Positions 18,789 to 28,401 of a stretch of DNA of 34,420 nucleotides are shown piece by piece. This DNA comes from a virus (lineage: Duplodnaviria; Caudoviricetes): the IMG/VR virus record IMGVR_UViG_3300009436_000059, positions 1-34,420 of that record; one strand, written 5' to 3'. How positions within the stretch are numbered: the first letter of the stretch is position 1; every line of letters starts with the position of its first letter. The notes beneath the pieces are model-generated. The model was not told the origin of the DNA. It did no database searches and saw nothing but the letters and a program-made list of their open reading frames with translations. Both the position numbers and the translations under genes were made by a program.

Positions 18789-18809
18789 TCGGATTTATCC
18801 TTGATTTAT

Positions 18810-20588
18810 TTAAACTGTTCTTTTCCAGATAGAAACTGTAACATATGGTGCTAAGTTAGTATGACCTTCACCATCAATTCTTCTATTTCTATTAATGGGC
18901 TTGATGCCCGCATCTGCGGCTGTGAACCCAAGTTGAGGAGCAGTATTACTTACTTCAAAGCCGTGCATACCTCCAGTCATGCGATAGAGATTAGCGTCAT
19001 TGGAACCTTGAGGCCCCTGCGCTCTTGACTGATATGTCGTATCAGCAGGAACTTCATTAGCATCATTATATAGATAGTATTGACCACCATCCCAACTAAC
19101 AGTATCGTGAACATGATCTGCCATCTCATAAGGGGTTAATTCTACAGTTTCGTGACCGCCAGTATTAGCCAATGATCTAAATGCAGAGTGTCTAATTGTC
19201 ATCCCATTACTAGCAGTAAGATCCGTACTACCCACTTGAAAGTTTTTAAACGAAGTTGTTGGATAATTGCCTTTTTGAATTGCTGATAACCCAGTATAAA
19301 GTGTAGTGACATCGACTCTTATGTATGGTGTACCTGCCGATACACCCGTCTCTGAAGCGCCAGATGCACCGCCAGTCTCAATAACCTTTAAGCCTCTTCC
19401 GTTACTATCGGTAAATACTAGTGGATTGTATGGATTTGCGAGATTTTGTGATACTGTTGGTACAGGGTCCATAGTTACGTTGTCGCCAACATTAACATCT
19501 ACATAAGATCCTTGCTGAAATCCATGATTTGGGTTATCTAGATAAAGCACTGAACTATAGCCTCTTCCAAAAGCATCGTTGCCTGTACTCTTCTCACTAG
19601 TATGACCAGCAACAACACCTATTGACCCTTCAGCATCTACACCAACTAGTGTTCTACCTTCAGCGTATCTTTCCCATGTGCCAAATCCTAAACCACCACT
19701 ACCGTCACTTGCTCTAGCTAATTCCGGGCTTACATTAGTTGTTGATGTATATAATGAACCTATAGGATATACTGCTTTTAAAACGACCTCTAGCGCATCG
19801 TCCGTCAATCCGCCTGCTGTTCCGCTTGCATTACCAGTCACGTTACCAGTTACATCACCACTCACGCCACCAGTTGCAGTAATTAAACCTGTAGCTTGAA
19901 TTGTAGTGAATGCACCTGTGGATTTCGTAATTGCGCCAATAACTGTACCATCAATAGCACCACCATTAATATCAACTTCGGACAGAGTTGTATTGTTCGC
20001 CCCAGTTCCAAGACAGGTTATTGTAGTAGCAGTGATTGAGCCTGCACCGATATTTGCCTCTGCAAAAACTGATCTAGATGCACCTGTTCCTGTTGATGTA
20101 AATTTAACAGCAGATATTTGTGTTGGCAGAATACCGTTATTAATTCTAATACCCTCACCATCGATTTCTTTACCACCAGAACCGTCTGCTTGGAATCTAA
20201 TGTAACTGTCGCCGTCACCAATTTCTAGATAACTATGATCATCCTGTGTTGAGATATCCCATGTAGGTGTATCACCATTACTGAATTGAATTGAAGATGC
20301 CGACCCTGAACCAGAGTCAAGAGTTAAAACGCCTTGAACTGTAGCGGCATTAGTTATTTTAAAGTCGCCAGTAGAACACTTAGATATATTGTTTACGGTT
20401 ATTGTATCCGTAGTTGGATTACTCACACCCAATGATAAATTGCCATTCAGGACTATGTTACCAGTGTTCTCCTCTCCACTATCACCAAGACTGACCGTCT
20501 TTCTAGCGAAAGCCAAAAGCTCATTAGTTCGTGTTTTCCAAGTACCAAATGTGGAGGTGTTTGCCAAGTCAGTTTTGTTGATTGTCAT
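18810..20588 (-). CDS. Baseplate/short tail fibre protein with T4 gp10/gp12-like C-terminal domain (592 aa)
   Basis: N-terminal TFGTWKTRTNEL; shaft motifs INGGAIDGTVIGA and GDVTGNVTGN; C-terminal YPIGSLYTST...GFGTWERYAEGRTLVGVD...TGGHETVELT...HVH...HTNLAPYVTVSIWKRT. Confidence 0.8.
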   Translation of the reverse strand: MTINKTDLANTSTFGTWKTRTNELLAFARKTVSLGDSGEENTGNIVLNGNLSLGVSNPTTDTITVNNISKCSTGDFKITNAATVQGVLTLDSGSGSASSIQFSNGDTPTWDISTQDDHSYLEIGDGDSYIRFQADGSGGKEIDGEGIRINNGILPTQISAVKFTSTGTGASRSVFAEANIGAGSITATTITCLGTGANNTTLSEVDINGGAIDGTVIGAITKSTGAFTTIQATGLITATGGVSGDVTGNVTGNASGTAGGLTDDALEVVLKAVYPIGSLYTSTTNVSPELARASDGSGGLGFGTWERYAEGRTLVGVDAEGSIGVVAGHTSEKSTGNDAFGRGYSSVLYLDNPNHGFQQGSYVDVNVGDNVTMDPVPTVSQNLANPYNPLVFTDSNGRGLKVIETGGASGASETGVSAGTPYIRVDVTTLYTGLSAIQKGNYPTTSFKNFQVGSTDLTASNGMTIRHSAFRSLANTGGHETVELTPYEMADHVHDTVSWDGGQYYLYNDANEVPADTTYQSRAQGPQGSNDANLYRMTGGMHGFEVSNTAPQLGFTAADAGIKPINRNRRIDGEGHTNLAPYVTVSIWKRTV

Positions 20589-20773
20589 TTTGTCATCTCT
20601 TTAACTGTGTTTTCGAGTAAGGATAGTGCAGACTCAAGTTTCGTAATTCTCTGCTCTAAACCTTTTATATATTTATCTTGCTTTCTTTTGAGTACTGCAT
20701 CATTATAAGCAGAAATATCAGAGTTGACTACCCCTGCTCCAGTTTTAGACCTTATGTAAGTTGATCTAGACAT
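20585..20773 (-). CDS. Small conserved T4-like protein with C-terminal coiled coil (62 aa)
   Basis: Translationally coupled on both sides (TAATG at 20773, ATGA at 20585-20588). RxxxGAxVNxDxxAY motif plus heptads LEQRITKLESALSLL; typical position after the VrlC-like gene. Confidence 0.75.
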   Translation of the reverse strand: MSRSTYIRSKTGAGVVNSDISAYNDAVLKRKQDKYIKGLEQRITKLESALSLLENTVKEMTK

Positions 20774-23700
20774 TATGTTAACGCTATCGCTCTATAGTCA
20801 TATAAATGAGGGAATAGGTTAATATCTGGATCTATATTTCTCAAATCTGGACTAGCACTCAACTCACTAGTGGTTGCATGACGCATAACAAACTTTATCT
20901 GGAATGCGCTATACTCATTAACTTCGCTTGGAAGAGAGTACTCGAAATCTCTATAGTCTCTAGTATTTGCCAAGTTAGAGTATACTTCCGGCGTATCATT
21001 TGTTAGCTGAACCCAATCACTCATATTGCTAACATCTTCTGGATATATAAATCTAGCATATGTGTCGATTATAGTTCCTGCAGGTCTGTACGCAGAAAGC
21101 AGAACTCTTAGTCCTACAGCGTCTAGTCCATCCCTAAGAACAACTTGCTTAGATACGAATTTAGATGTAAGTGCATCCGACTCATCAATGATGTATTTAT
21201 ATGCAATAAGTTCAGATAATGCCTGATCTAGTAGTGGAGTATCGGTCTTCTTGCCATTATTATTCATATTAACACGAATTTTCATATCAGTAGATTCGTT
21301 GTTATCAGCAACAATACGACTCTTACTTGCTATAGTCAAAGGGGTGTCTAATGTATAGACATTCTCATTATTACCTATAGACTTAATCTTAGTAGTATTT
21401 CTGAATAGATCTAGATCACTACTTGTGTTGATAGAGTTATGAGAAAATACTTGTGGCTGAATAAACGATATTTTCTGATTATTAACAGAGGTTATGAATG
21501 CAGTTGCACCACTTTCAGTTCCTCTCAATACTTGCATATTAGGTCTGGCTGATCCAGATCCAGTTTCTGTTCCGGCCACTAATGCTTTAAACACTTGACC
21601 AACATAAGGAATTCCTGAAGCACCAACAGTATTCCAGTTAGCTGTCCCCATGTTGCCTGTATTTGTAATCGTGTATGTATGGCCAGGAACAAAGCTTCCA
21701 TTTTCTACTGTTGCGTTGTCGTCAATGTAGTTACTTGATCTTGCACTACTACCCTTTAACTGTATGCTATTAGGATGTCTATTATTGAAATGAGACACTT
21801 CTCCAACCACACATACGCTTGCTGTTACTGCCGCTAGTTCTTGGAATATCGATCTATCTAAAGTTATTACTGTGTTAGATAGGCTCGTAGTACTTGATAT
21901 AACCTCTGCTACAAAGTTAACAGTGCTAGTAGCATTAGACTCGATATAGATAAAGTCTCCACTAGTAAACGGAAGAGATGTGTCTGATATGGTCAAAGTT
22001 TCAAAAGAATCGCCACTGATACTTCCTTGAAATTGAAGGTTATCCTTTTTCACATAAGCAAGTTCACTTACGTTAAAGTTACCGGCCCCTTCACGAAGAG
22101 TAAGGTTTTCTATATCATTTGGTACTAGATCAATAGTTCCAACAGAGGAATTGTAGTCGAATCTATTGATAACAAACTTAACGTCTTCGTCTTGATAAGA
22201 CTTCCATGCACTATCGTTAGTAGATGTAAATAAAACTCCATCACCCCAATCGTTAGTAACAGCAACTCTATAAGGGCTTGTTCCTCTAGATAGACTTGTG
22301 TCTCCAACCTTACAGGTATAGATTAAGTAGTCTGGGGAATTACCATCTGGAAGAACTACAATAGCATATTCAGTATTGGCGTTCAGCTTAATAGGATTAG
22401 TGAACTGGAACTTAGTTACTGCTGTGCCGTCATCCGATACTGCTATATCTACGGAGTCCAGATGCCTTGCCGCAAAAGGTAGAACTTTCTTAGTTGGATA
22501 TCCGTTTTCAACTTCTCGTATTTGTACGGTTGCCCCAACAGTAGCACTCTTCTTCTTGAAAAAGAGATCGATATCACTAACATGAATTACATTAGCTTCA
22601 GACGTACTTGTAGATTTAATTCTAAATGTTTGAGCGAGAGGATCTCCGACTTGTCGCTGAACTTCTCTTTTAGTGATGTTAACATTAGTGTCAAAGTCTA
22701 CTGTTCTGGTTGTTACATTCATCTCAGACTTATTTACCGCAAAGTTGTATCCCCTATATGTAGCTTTACCATATGAAGTAGATGCGGAATCGATAGAACT
22801 GTACGTGTCAACGTCAACAATCTCTAAGTTGTTTTCACCAACAAAGAATGTTTTTTCTGGTATATAGAAGACTGCAAAAAGAATGCCTTGTGAGTTAGAC
22901 TTAACTTTTTGACCTACACCACTTTTTTGATTGAAAGGAGCAACTGTGTCTCCAATGTCATAAACACGCTTAACATTAATCTGTCTTCCTCTACCCAAAA
23001 ATCTATTAGTCTCTTCAGATCTAAATGTACCCACTCTACCAGGCGCAACATATTGATCAACACTCTTTCCATCAAAGAAGAAGTGATGCTCCGTATTAGG
23101 TCTTAATCCTGTTACTGCAACCTTAACTCGCTGGCGTCTTAGATACGGCTTCATATTGATATCTGTGATGAAGTTACCAACTTGCTGTGTGGTACTAGAT
23201 ATTGAACTAGCAAGACTGGTAGTCGCCACGGTCTGCTCAAATTCACCCATAATAACTCTTCGTCTGGGTCTATTAGTTCCAGTTCTCACTTCAGATAGAA
23301 CATCTTCTCTAGTAAGAGGTATAATCTCTTGTAAATTATCAACCAAATCCAACATAGGACCAGCAATATCGATTTCAAGATTTACTGCCGGGTTATTGAT
23401 TACATCATATCCAGAGGAGAACGGAGGATCTATAGCTACCTGGCCTCTAAAGTCATAGAAGTTAGATACGCAGTTTCTAAATGCAGTTGCATATGGCTGA
23501 TCAATAACAGGAAGATTGCTACCCGAATCAGTCAGTGTTATCACATCCTCAAATGTTATTCTTGTATTGCTTGCTGAGGAAGGATCAATTTTTAGATCAA
23601 TTGGAAACTGTTCTACAGCAGGCGCAATTATTTTTCTACTCTTATCGATACTTGATAAGAACTCTGCATCAATAATATCAGCATTTAGTAACGTGTTGAA

Positions 23701-26343
23701 TGAGTCTGCCAGTATTCCATTTTTAAATCTATTTGTAACAACACCGTTAACTACACTAGTTATGCTCATATCAATAGTCTCTTGTTCAAGAAGACTCAAA
23801 GATACTATTTCGGTTAATTCGTCCAATCTCTTATCGATAAATCCAATCTCTTCCATTGTATAGTTTTTAGAAGAAACATTATCAACATATATTCTATTTT
23901 CGCCAGAAACTTTTGTGGTATTACCTGGCGATGTTATTTGACCAACTGTGTACAGTCTACCAACTTTAGGCGCAGATGGATTTTCAGATTCCCCACCCTT
24001 AACAATGCTAATATTTGAATACTCGTCTAACACCACTCTATCAATTCTAGACATATAATATGTCTGATCTCCAGATATAGCAGTATTAGTCATAACAGCT
24101 ACGCCACGACTAAATGTATAGTCCACAAATGTGGGGACTGTACTTGAGCCACCTGGATCTATTGCCGGTGTGATAGTTGCATCTGCATATGGCCTGAAGT
24201 CATATGAGTTTAGCGGACTAAAGACAGTTCCATCTTTAGTAGTGTATGTGGTAATTAGAGATTTACTAGATACTGTGTCATAGCTATTAGCAGTAAAGAA
24301 TCCTTTATTTACTAAAGTAGTTCTCTCAAGATATCGAAACTTAATCAGTAGTTCGCTATTAGAAAGAGTTTCTCCCGATCTCAAAGAGATAAAAGAATGC
24401 CCATAGAAATCGTCTTTTTGATTTTTATTCAATCTAAATTTATATGTTACGTCTTCACCCACTACTCCTGAAGTAGAGTTAGTATTACCAAAGCGATCAG
24501 TGACACTAATAACTTCAATAACATTGGGTATACCGAGACTGGCCATTGCATTACCACTGTTACCAAATGCATTAGCAGTGCTATGAGTAGCCTTTACATA
24601 ACCGACCTTCTCAGTCAGCGTATCTGCTGACAGATTAGAGTCTATACGAGTGTAGTATAAAACATCAGGAACAACATCATCACCGTTTCCTTCCGTATTA
24701 TCAGAACCTGAGATGTCGAAATTCACATTCACATTGCTAGAATCAGGAGTGGCAGTAGTTACTGGAACAACAACATTTACTGCGCTCATGCCCATCACAT
24801 CTGTTGATAGTGGAGCAGTATCGCCAGTACCAGATATAGTCAATTCGCCAGTAGCGTTTACAGTGACATTAGTCTCACGAATTCTTCTAGATATATTGAT
24901 ATTGGATATGCTTTGCATATCGGGTCGACCTGCGTCAAATATCATAGATGCGGATTCAGGTTCATATAGTTTACTTGCAGGCTCGGCCGAACCTGCGGGT
25001 GCGCTCAATACAGTATTGCCTATTCTTAATATAGGAGTGTTTTCACTATTCGCATCTTTCTTAATAGCAAAGACAAATATCTTACCAGGTAAGAGATTAG
25101 AGATTGAACATTTTCCTATTGGAATCGTGCCGCCAGTATCTGAATATAATGTGTAACGAGTACCGTCTAACTGAAAGTGGTCAACAATTGTCGTTGTAGA
25201 AGTATTGTATGTGAAATATTGTCCGTAGTTAATACCAGTGTGCTGACTAGTTCTACTTTGAGTTAAAGTAACTGGATCTATTGCAAGTCTAGTTGGAGAT
25301 ACGTTTGTAACCTCTTTACCATACACATAAGCTTTACCTGGGCTAACTACAGCGTATGCAGTATTATTTTCTTCCTCTAGAGAAACCTCTAACCCGTTAA
25401 CTACATAGTTACCAGACTCTTCGAATGTTCTTCGTGCGATCTCTTCACCGATTACGTTGAACTCAGTGTTATCCCTAATACGAACTGGATTACCATCAAC
25501 ATATCTGATGAGTGCGAAAAATTCTGTGGGCTCAGATGCGCTGTCATAAGATACTAGTGTTGGTACAAGCTGAAGTCTATCGGCACCAGGTGCATTTTCG
25601 TTATTGAATCCTGCCGCATTATCCTGAAGAGAAGAGTCTGCATCGGAGTCGATAAGATTCTCACTTACGGAAAATCCTACTGATTTGTTACCCGGCGCAT
25701 TTGTATACTTCTCAACAATAATGAACTGATTGTCTACAAAAATGAAGTGTCCTTTCTGATAGATAACGCCTTCTTCGCAGGAAACTCCAAAAGAATTTCC
25801 TGTCTGATTAGCAACACTGGCCACAGTCACACTAACCTGAAGAGTATCGTCAGATTCTTTTCTAATCTCTAATACTTCACCTGCGATAAATTGCTTAACA
25901 TCTCCATCATTATCTTGGCTTGTGTTTAGATACTTGATATAGAGAGTCTTTAGATCTGGATCTTGGGTTTGAAATCCATTATCGCCCTTTATGATCTCTG
26001 CTCTAAGTTGAGAAGTTTGACCGACTAATACATAGGTAGTTTTTGTTCCATCATCAGAGACAATCTGATTATATAACGATGGATTGGTAAAATCTACTTG
26101 ATCATTTATCTTAACATAAAACAAGTCATCACGAGCAGTCAAGTTAATGCCGCTAATGATAGTGCCTTCTTTATATACGTTAGATCCGAATCGCTCAACC
26201 TGCTTCTGTAGAATAGTTTGTAGCTGAGTCAATTCTCTTGCTTGAACAGCCTTACCTGGCTTGAACAAAACACGATTGAATTGTTTAGCTTCATCGAAGT
26301 CATCGTAATACGGATTTACGTTTAAATCTGTGTTAATACCCAT
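20773..26343 (-). CDS. VrlC-like / DUF4815 large baseplate-associated virion protein (1856 aa)
   Basis: Diagnostic N-terminus TDLNVNPYYDDFDEAKQFNRVLFKPGKAVQARELTQLQTILQKQVERFG; also APGADRL, ARRTFEESGNY, NRFKNGILADSF, DPLAQTF, GVLFTSTN, C-terminal DYRAIALT. Confidence 0.9.
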   Translation of the reverse strand: MGINTDLNVNPYYDDFDEAKQFNRVLFKPGKAVQARELTQLQTILQKQVERFGSNVYKEGTIISGINLTARDDLFYVKINDQVDFTNPSLYNQIVSDDGTKTTYVLVGQTSQLRAEIIKGDNGFQTQDPDLKTLYIKYLNTSQDNDGDVKQFIAGEVLEIRKESDDTLQVSVTVASVANQTGNSFGVSCEEGVIYQKGHFIFVDNQFIIVEKYTNAPGNKSVGFSVSENLIDSDADSSLQDNAAGFNNENAPGADRLQLVPTLVSYDSASEPTEFFALIRYVDGNPVRIRDNTEFNVIGEEIARRTFEESGNYVVNGLEVSLEEENNTAYAVVSPGKAYVYGKEVTNVSPTRLAIDPVTLTQSRTSQHTGINYGQYFTYNTSTTTIVDHFQLDGTRYTLYSDTGGTIPIGKCSISNLLPGKIFVFAIKKDANSENTPILRIGNTVLSAPAGSAEPASKLYEPESASMIFDAGRPDMQSISNINISRRIRETNVTVNATGELTISGTGDTAPLSTDVMGMSAVNVVVPVTTATPDSSNVNVNFDISGSDNTEGNGDDVVPDVLYYTRIDSNLSADTLTEKVGYVKATHSTANAFGNSGNAMASLGIPNVIEVISVTDRFGNTNSTSGVVGEDVTYKFRLNKNQKDDFYGHSFISLRSGETLSNSELLIKFRYLERTTLVNKGFFTANSYDTVSSKSLITTYTTKDGTVFSPLNSYDFRPYADATITPAIDPGGSSTVPTFVDYTFSRGVAVMTNTAISGDQTYYMSRIDRVVLDEYSNISIVKGGESENPSAPKVGRLYTVGQITSPGNTTKVSGENRIYVDNVSSKNYTMEEIGFIDKRLDELTEIVSLSLLEQETIDMSITSVVNGVVTNRFKNGILADSFNTLLNADIIDAEFLSSIDKSRKIIAPAVEQFPIDLKIDPSSASNTRITFEDVITLTDSGSNLPVIDQPYATAFRNCVSNFYDFRGQVAIDPPFSSGYDVINNPAVNLEIDIAGPMLDLVDNLQEIIPLTREDVLSEVRTGTNRPRRRVIMGEFEQTVATTSLASSISSTTQQVGNFITDINMKPYLRRQRVKVAVTGLRPNTEHHFFFDGKSVDQYVAPGRVGTFRSEETNRFLGRGRQINVKRVYDIGDTVAPFNQKSGVGQKVKSNSQGILFAVFYIPEKTFFVGENNLEIVDVDTYSSIDSASTSYGKATYRGYNFAVNKSEMNVTTRTVDFDTNVNITKREVQRQVGDPLAQTFRIKSTSTSEANVIHVSDIDLFFKKKSATVGATVQIREVENGYPTKKVLPFAARHLDSVDIAVSDDGTAVTKFQFTNPIKLNANTEYAIVVLPDGNSPDYLIYTCKVGDTSLSRGTSPYRVAVTNDWGDGVLFTSTNDSAWKSYQDEDVKFVINRFDYNSSVGTIDLVPNDIENLTLREGAGNFNVSELAYVKKDNLQFQGSISGDSFETLTISDTSLPFTSGDFIYIESNATSTVNFVAEVISSTTSLSNTVITLDRSIFQELAAVTASVCVVGEVSHFNNRHPNSIQLKGSSARSSNYIDDNATVENGSFVPGHTYTITNTGNMGTANWNTVGASGIPYVGQVFKALVAGTETGSGSARPNMQVLRGTESGATAFITSVNNQKISFIQPQVFSHNSINTSSDLDLFRNTTKIKSIGNNENVYTLDTPLTIASKSRIVADNNESTDMKIRVNMNNNGKKTDTPLLDQALSELIAYKYIIDESDALTSKFVSKQVVLRDGLDAVGLRVLLSAYRPAGTIIDTYARFIYPEDVSNMSDWVQLTNDTPEVYSNLANTRDYRDFEYSLPSEVNEYSAFQIKFVMRHATTSELSASPDLRNIDPDINLFPHLYDYRAIALT

Positions 26344-26361
26344 TGGCTATATTCTCTTTCC

Positions 26362-28383
26362 TTAAAAGTCAAATGTGAACTTTACTTTTTCTCTTGTGGT
26401 TGACGATCTTGTTATCGGCGCAAAATCGATAAAGTGTAGCAAGTCTCCTGTGTACGGAGTATAAGCTCCATAAACAATATCACTAAAGTTATTTATGCTT
26501 ATCGTAGTGGCGTTTTCTGAGGTTGCAGTATTTTTTATACGGATATTACCCTTCTGCACTCTACTTCTAAAATCTCCGTAATAATCTACCAAATATATTT
26601 TAGTGATGTTGGTAAGGGGATCGAATGAACTCTCATGTATTTTAGCAGTCACAATCTCTTGCTCTTTATCACGAGAAAGATTATTTACTGCCACTGTAGC
26701 TACGCCAGTTTTAGTCGCAGATAATGAAGACACACCAGAGGATGCGATAAACGATGTTCCTGCAATTGCAGTAGTGTCCGTAAGTTCTATAGTCGATATT
26801 GCGTTCCAATCAGAAGTAGACATATTACCCAAGTCAGATATCACATATGATTCGCCTATAGTCAAGTCTATAGCCTTAACGAACTCTATATATTGCTCAA
26901 CATAGTAATCTGCTAATGCGACTGAAGTATGATCTCCGGCCTTGCTGATCACGACTCTATTATCAAAACTTTCAGGAATTGCGCCATTAGTAAACTGAGG
27001 ATTTTTAACTAATCCCATTTGCGTGTATGTGTTGCTATCTGGAACATCATTAGAGTCTCCAGAAAAGTTTGTAACAATAGAGAGCCTACTCATCCCTAAC
27101 TCGTTTATTGGATTATATCCATGTCCACCTTTAGATGAAACTACAGCACGAAGAGTAGTAGTTCCTGTAGAGCTTAAACTCTTTGGTGTTATCAATTTCG
27201 CTGTTGCAAACTTATATATACTACCTCTAGTCTCAAACGCAACACGCTTTAGTGTACCGAACTGATCGATAACTCCATATGCTTTTGCTCTAACACCGTT
27301 ATAATCTGGTGAACTAACTTCAATCTTGGGTACTAGTTGACCAGAGCCTGAAATTGCATCAGTAGTTTCTAGTAATAATGTTATCGTATTATCACTCGTA
27401 TTTGTGGTTGATCCAATCACATCATATAACTTTCCAGATGTTGAACCGTCAGCAGACCTGAAGTACATATACTTATACGAGTCTGAATCATTATATAATG
27501 ATCTACCAGTCAAGTCCTTTGGTTTTACCTTTAGATTCGTGGCTCCTGATCCTGCTGAAGTCTGAGATAAAGATTCAACATCAGACGAGTTAGCCACGCT
27601 AGTTGCAGTACCGAACAAGTATTGGTTGAATAGATTGACTGGAGTGTCTTCGATAACTATCTGCGATATAGTTTCTTTTGCATTAGAAATTACTTGTGCA
27701 TCTCCATAAACGCCATCAGATACTATGGGTAGAGGTAGACTATCGGTCGTCTTATATATGTTAGCATCAGAGGAAGGTACTGTGAACATATAGTGCCAGA
27801 TGTACTTGTCTCCAGTTTCAACTGACTGATAGTTGGCTGTAAACTGAGATAGAGTAGTCTGCGGATTAATTGTTGATGCACCACCATTGTTATTTTCTAT
27901 ACACTTGAATACTAGATAGTCGGAATCAGAATTAAGAACAGTAACGATTTGGTTGCTATTCTCAAATGATTCAGTATCGTCATATGCATCATACACCGTA
28001 CCCGTTTGCCAGTTGTTCTCGTAGAACATATATCTTGCTGTGGTGTCTCCCACCTTCGAGCCAAATATAACCTTTCGTTGAAAATCTCTTTTATTACTCT
28101 GTGTGTTTCTTATGCTACCAGACTCATCCTGTCCAGAAGGCAATGCCTTCGATGCCATAATATAATAACTAGATTCTGGTCTTAGTCTGTCAAGTTGATC
28201 ATCAACCAAAGCACGAATTGCAATGTTATCCTCCGCAGTCAACGATATTGATGACGACTGAGTATCATAGACTGCTAACTCGGACATGAAGTTATCGCCC
28301 AGAGTCTTATTCTGATTTTTAAATGACTTAAACAACTCGTTAGTTGTCTCGACTTTAAAGTTTTCTGTAATTATCTTTGCCAT
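26362..28383 (-). CDS. gp8: Baseplate wedge subunit gp8-like (673 aa)
   Basis: NWQTGTVYDAYDD, YLVFKCIENNNG, DKYIWHYMFTV, GGHGYNPINELG, QMGLVKNP, YTGDLLHF...ITRSSTTREKVKFTFDF; position between gp7 and VrlC. Confidence 0.85.
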   Translation of the reverse strand: MAKIITENFKVETTNELFKSFKNQNKTLGDNFMSELAVYDTQSSSISLTAEDNIAIRALVDDQLDRLRPESSYYIMASKALPSGQDESGSIRNTQSNKRDFQRKVIFGSKVGDTTARYMFYENNWQTGTVYDAYDDTESFENSNQIVTVLNSDSDYLVFKCIENNNGGASTINPQTTLSQFTANYQSVETGDKYIWHYMFTVPSSDANIYKTTDSLPLPIVSDGVYGDAQVISNAKETISQIVIEDTPVNLFNQYLFGTATSVANSSDVESLSQTSAGSGATNLKVKPKDLTGRSLYNDSDSYKYMYFRSADGSTSGKLYDVIGSTTNTSDNTITLLLETTDAISGSGQLVPKIEVSSPDYNGVRAKAYGVIDQFGTLKRVAFETRGSIYKFATAKLITPKSLSSTGTTTLRAVVSSKGGHGYNPINELGMSRLSIVTNFSGDSNDVPDSNTYTQMGLVKNPQFTNGAIPESFDNRVVISKAGDHTSVALADYYVEQYIEFVKAIDLTIGESYVISDLGNMSTSDWNAISTIELTDTTAIAGTSFIASSGVSSLSATKTGVATVAVNNLSRDKEQEIVTAKIHESSFDPLTNITKIYLVDYYGDFRSRVQKGNIRIKNTATSENATTISINNFSDIVYGAYTPYTGDLLHFIDFAPITRSSTTREKVKFTFDF

Positions 28384-28401
28384 TATTGAGTTCCGTATTC
28401 G

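Larger units (their letters stand above)
573..26876. repeat. Dispersed protein-level repeat, consensus approx. GxFxxGxxYxIxxxG(x3-6)W(x)G(x)GxxFxA, 7-8 copies
   Basis: Approximate copies at 573-704 (+), 3345-3485, 4104-4250, 4981-5183, 5203-5388 (degenerate), 16440-16577, 21544-21702 and 26692-26876 (all -). Recognised in the translations; no obvious DNA-level identity. Confidence 0.8.

Noticed and set aside
19182-19634. Intein or intron explanation for the in-frame inserts (also in gp7, gp8, VrlC)
   Set aside because: No C/S...HN splice motifs, no homing endonuclease motifs, and frames are continuous.
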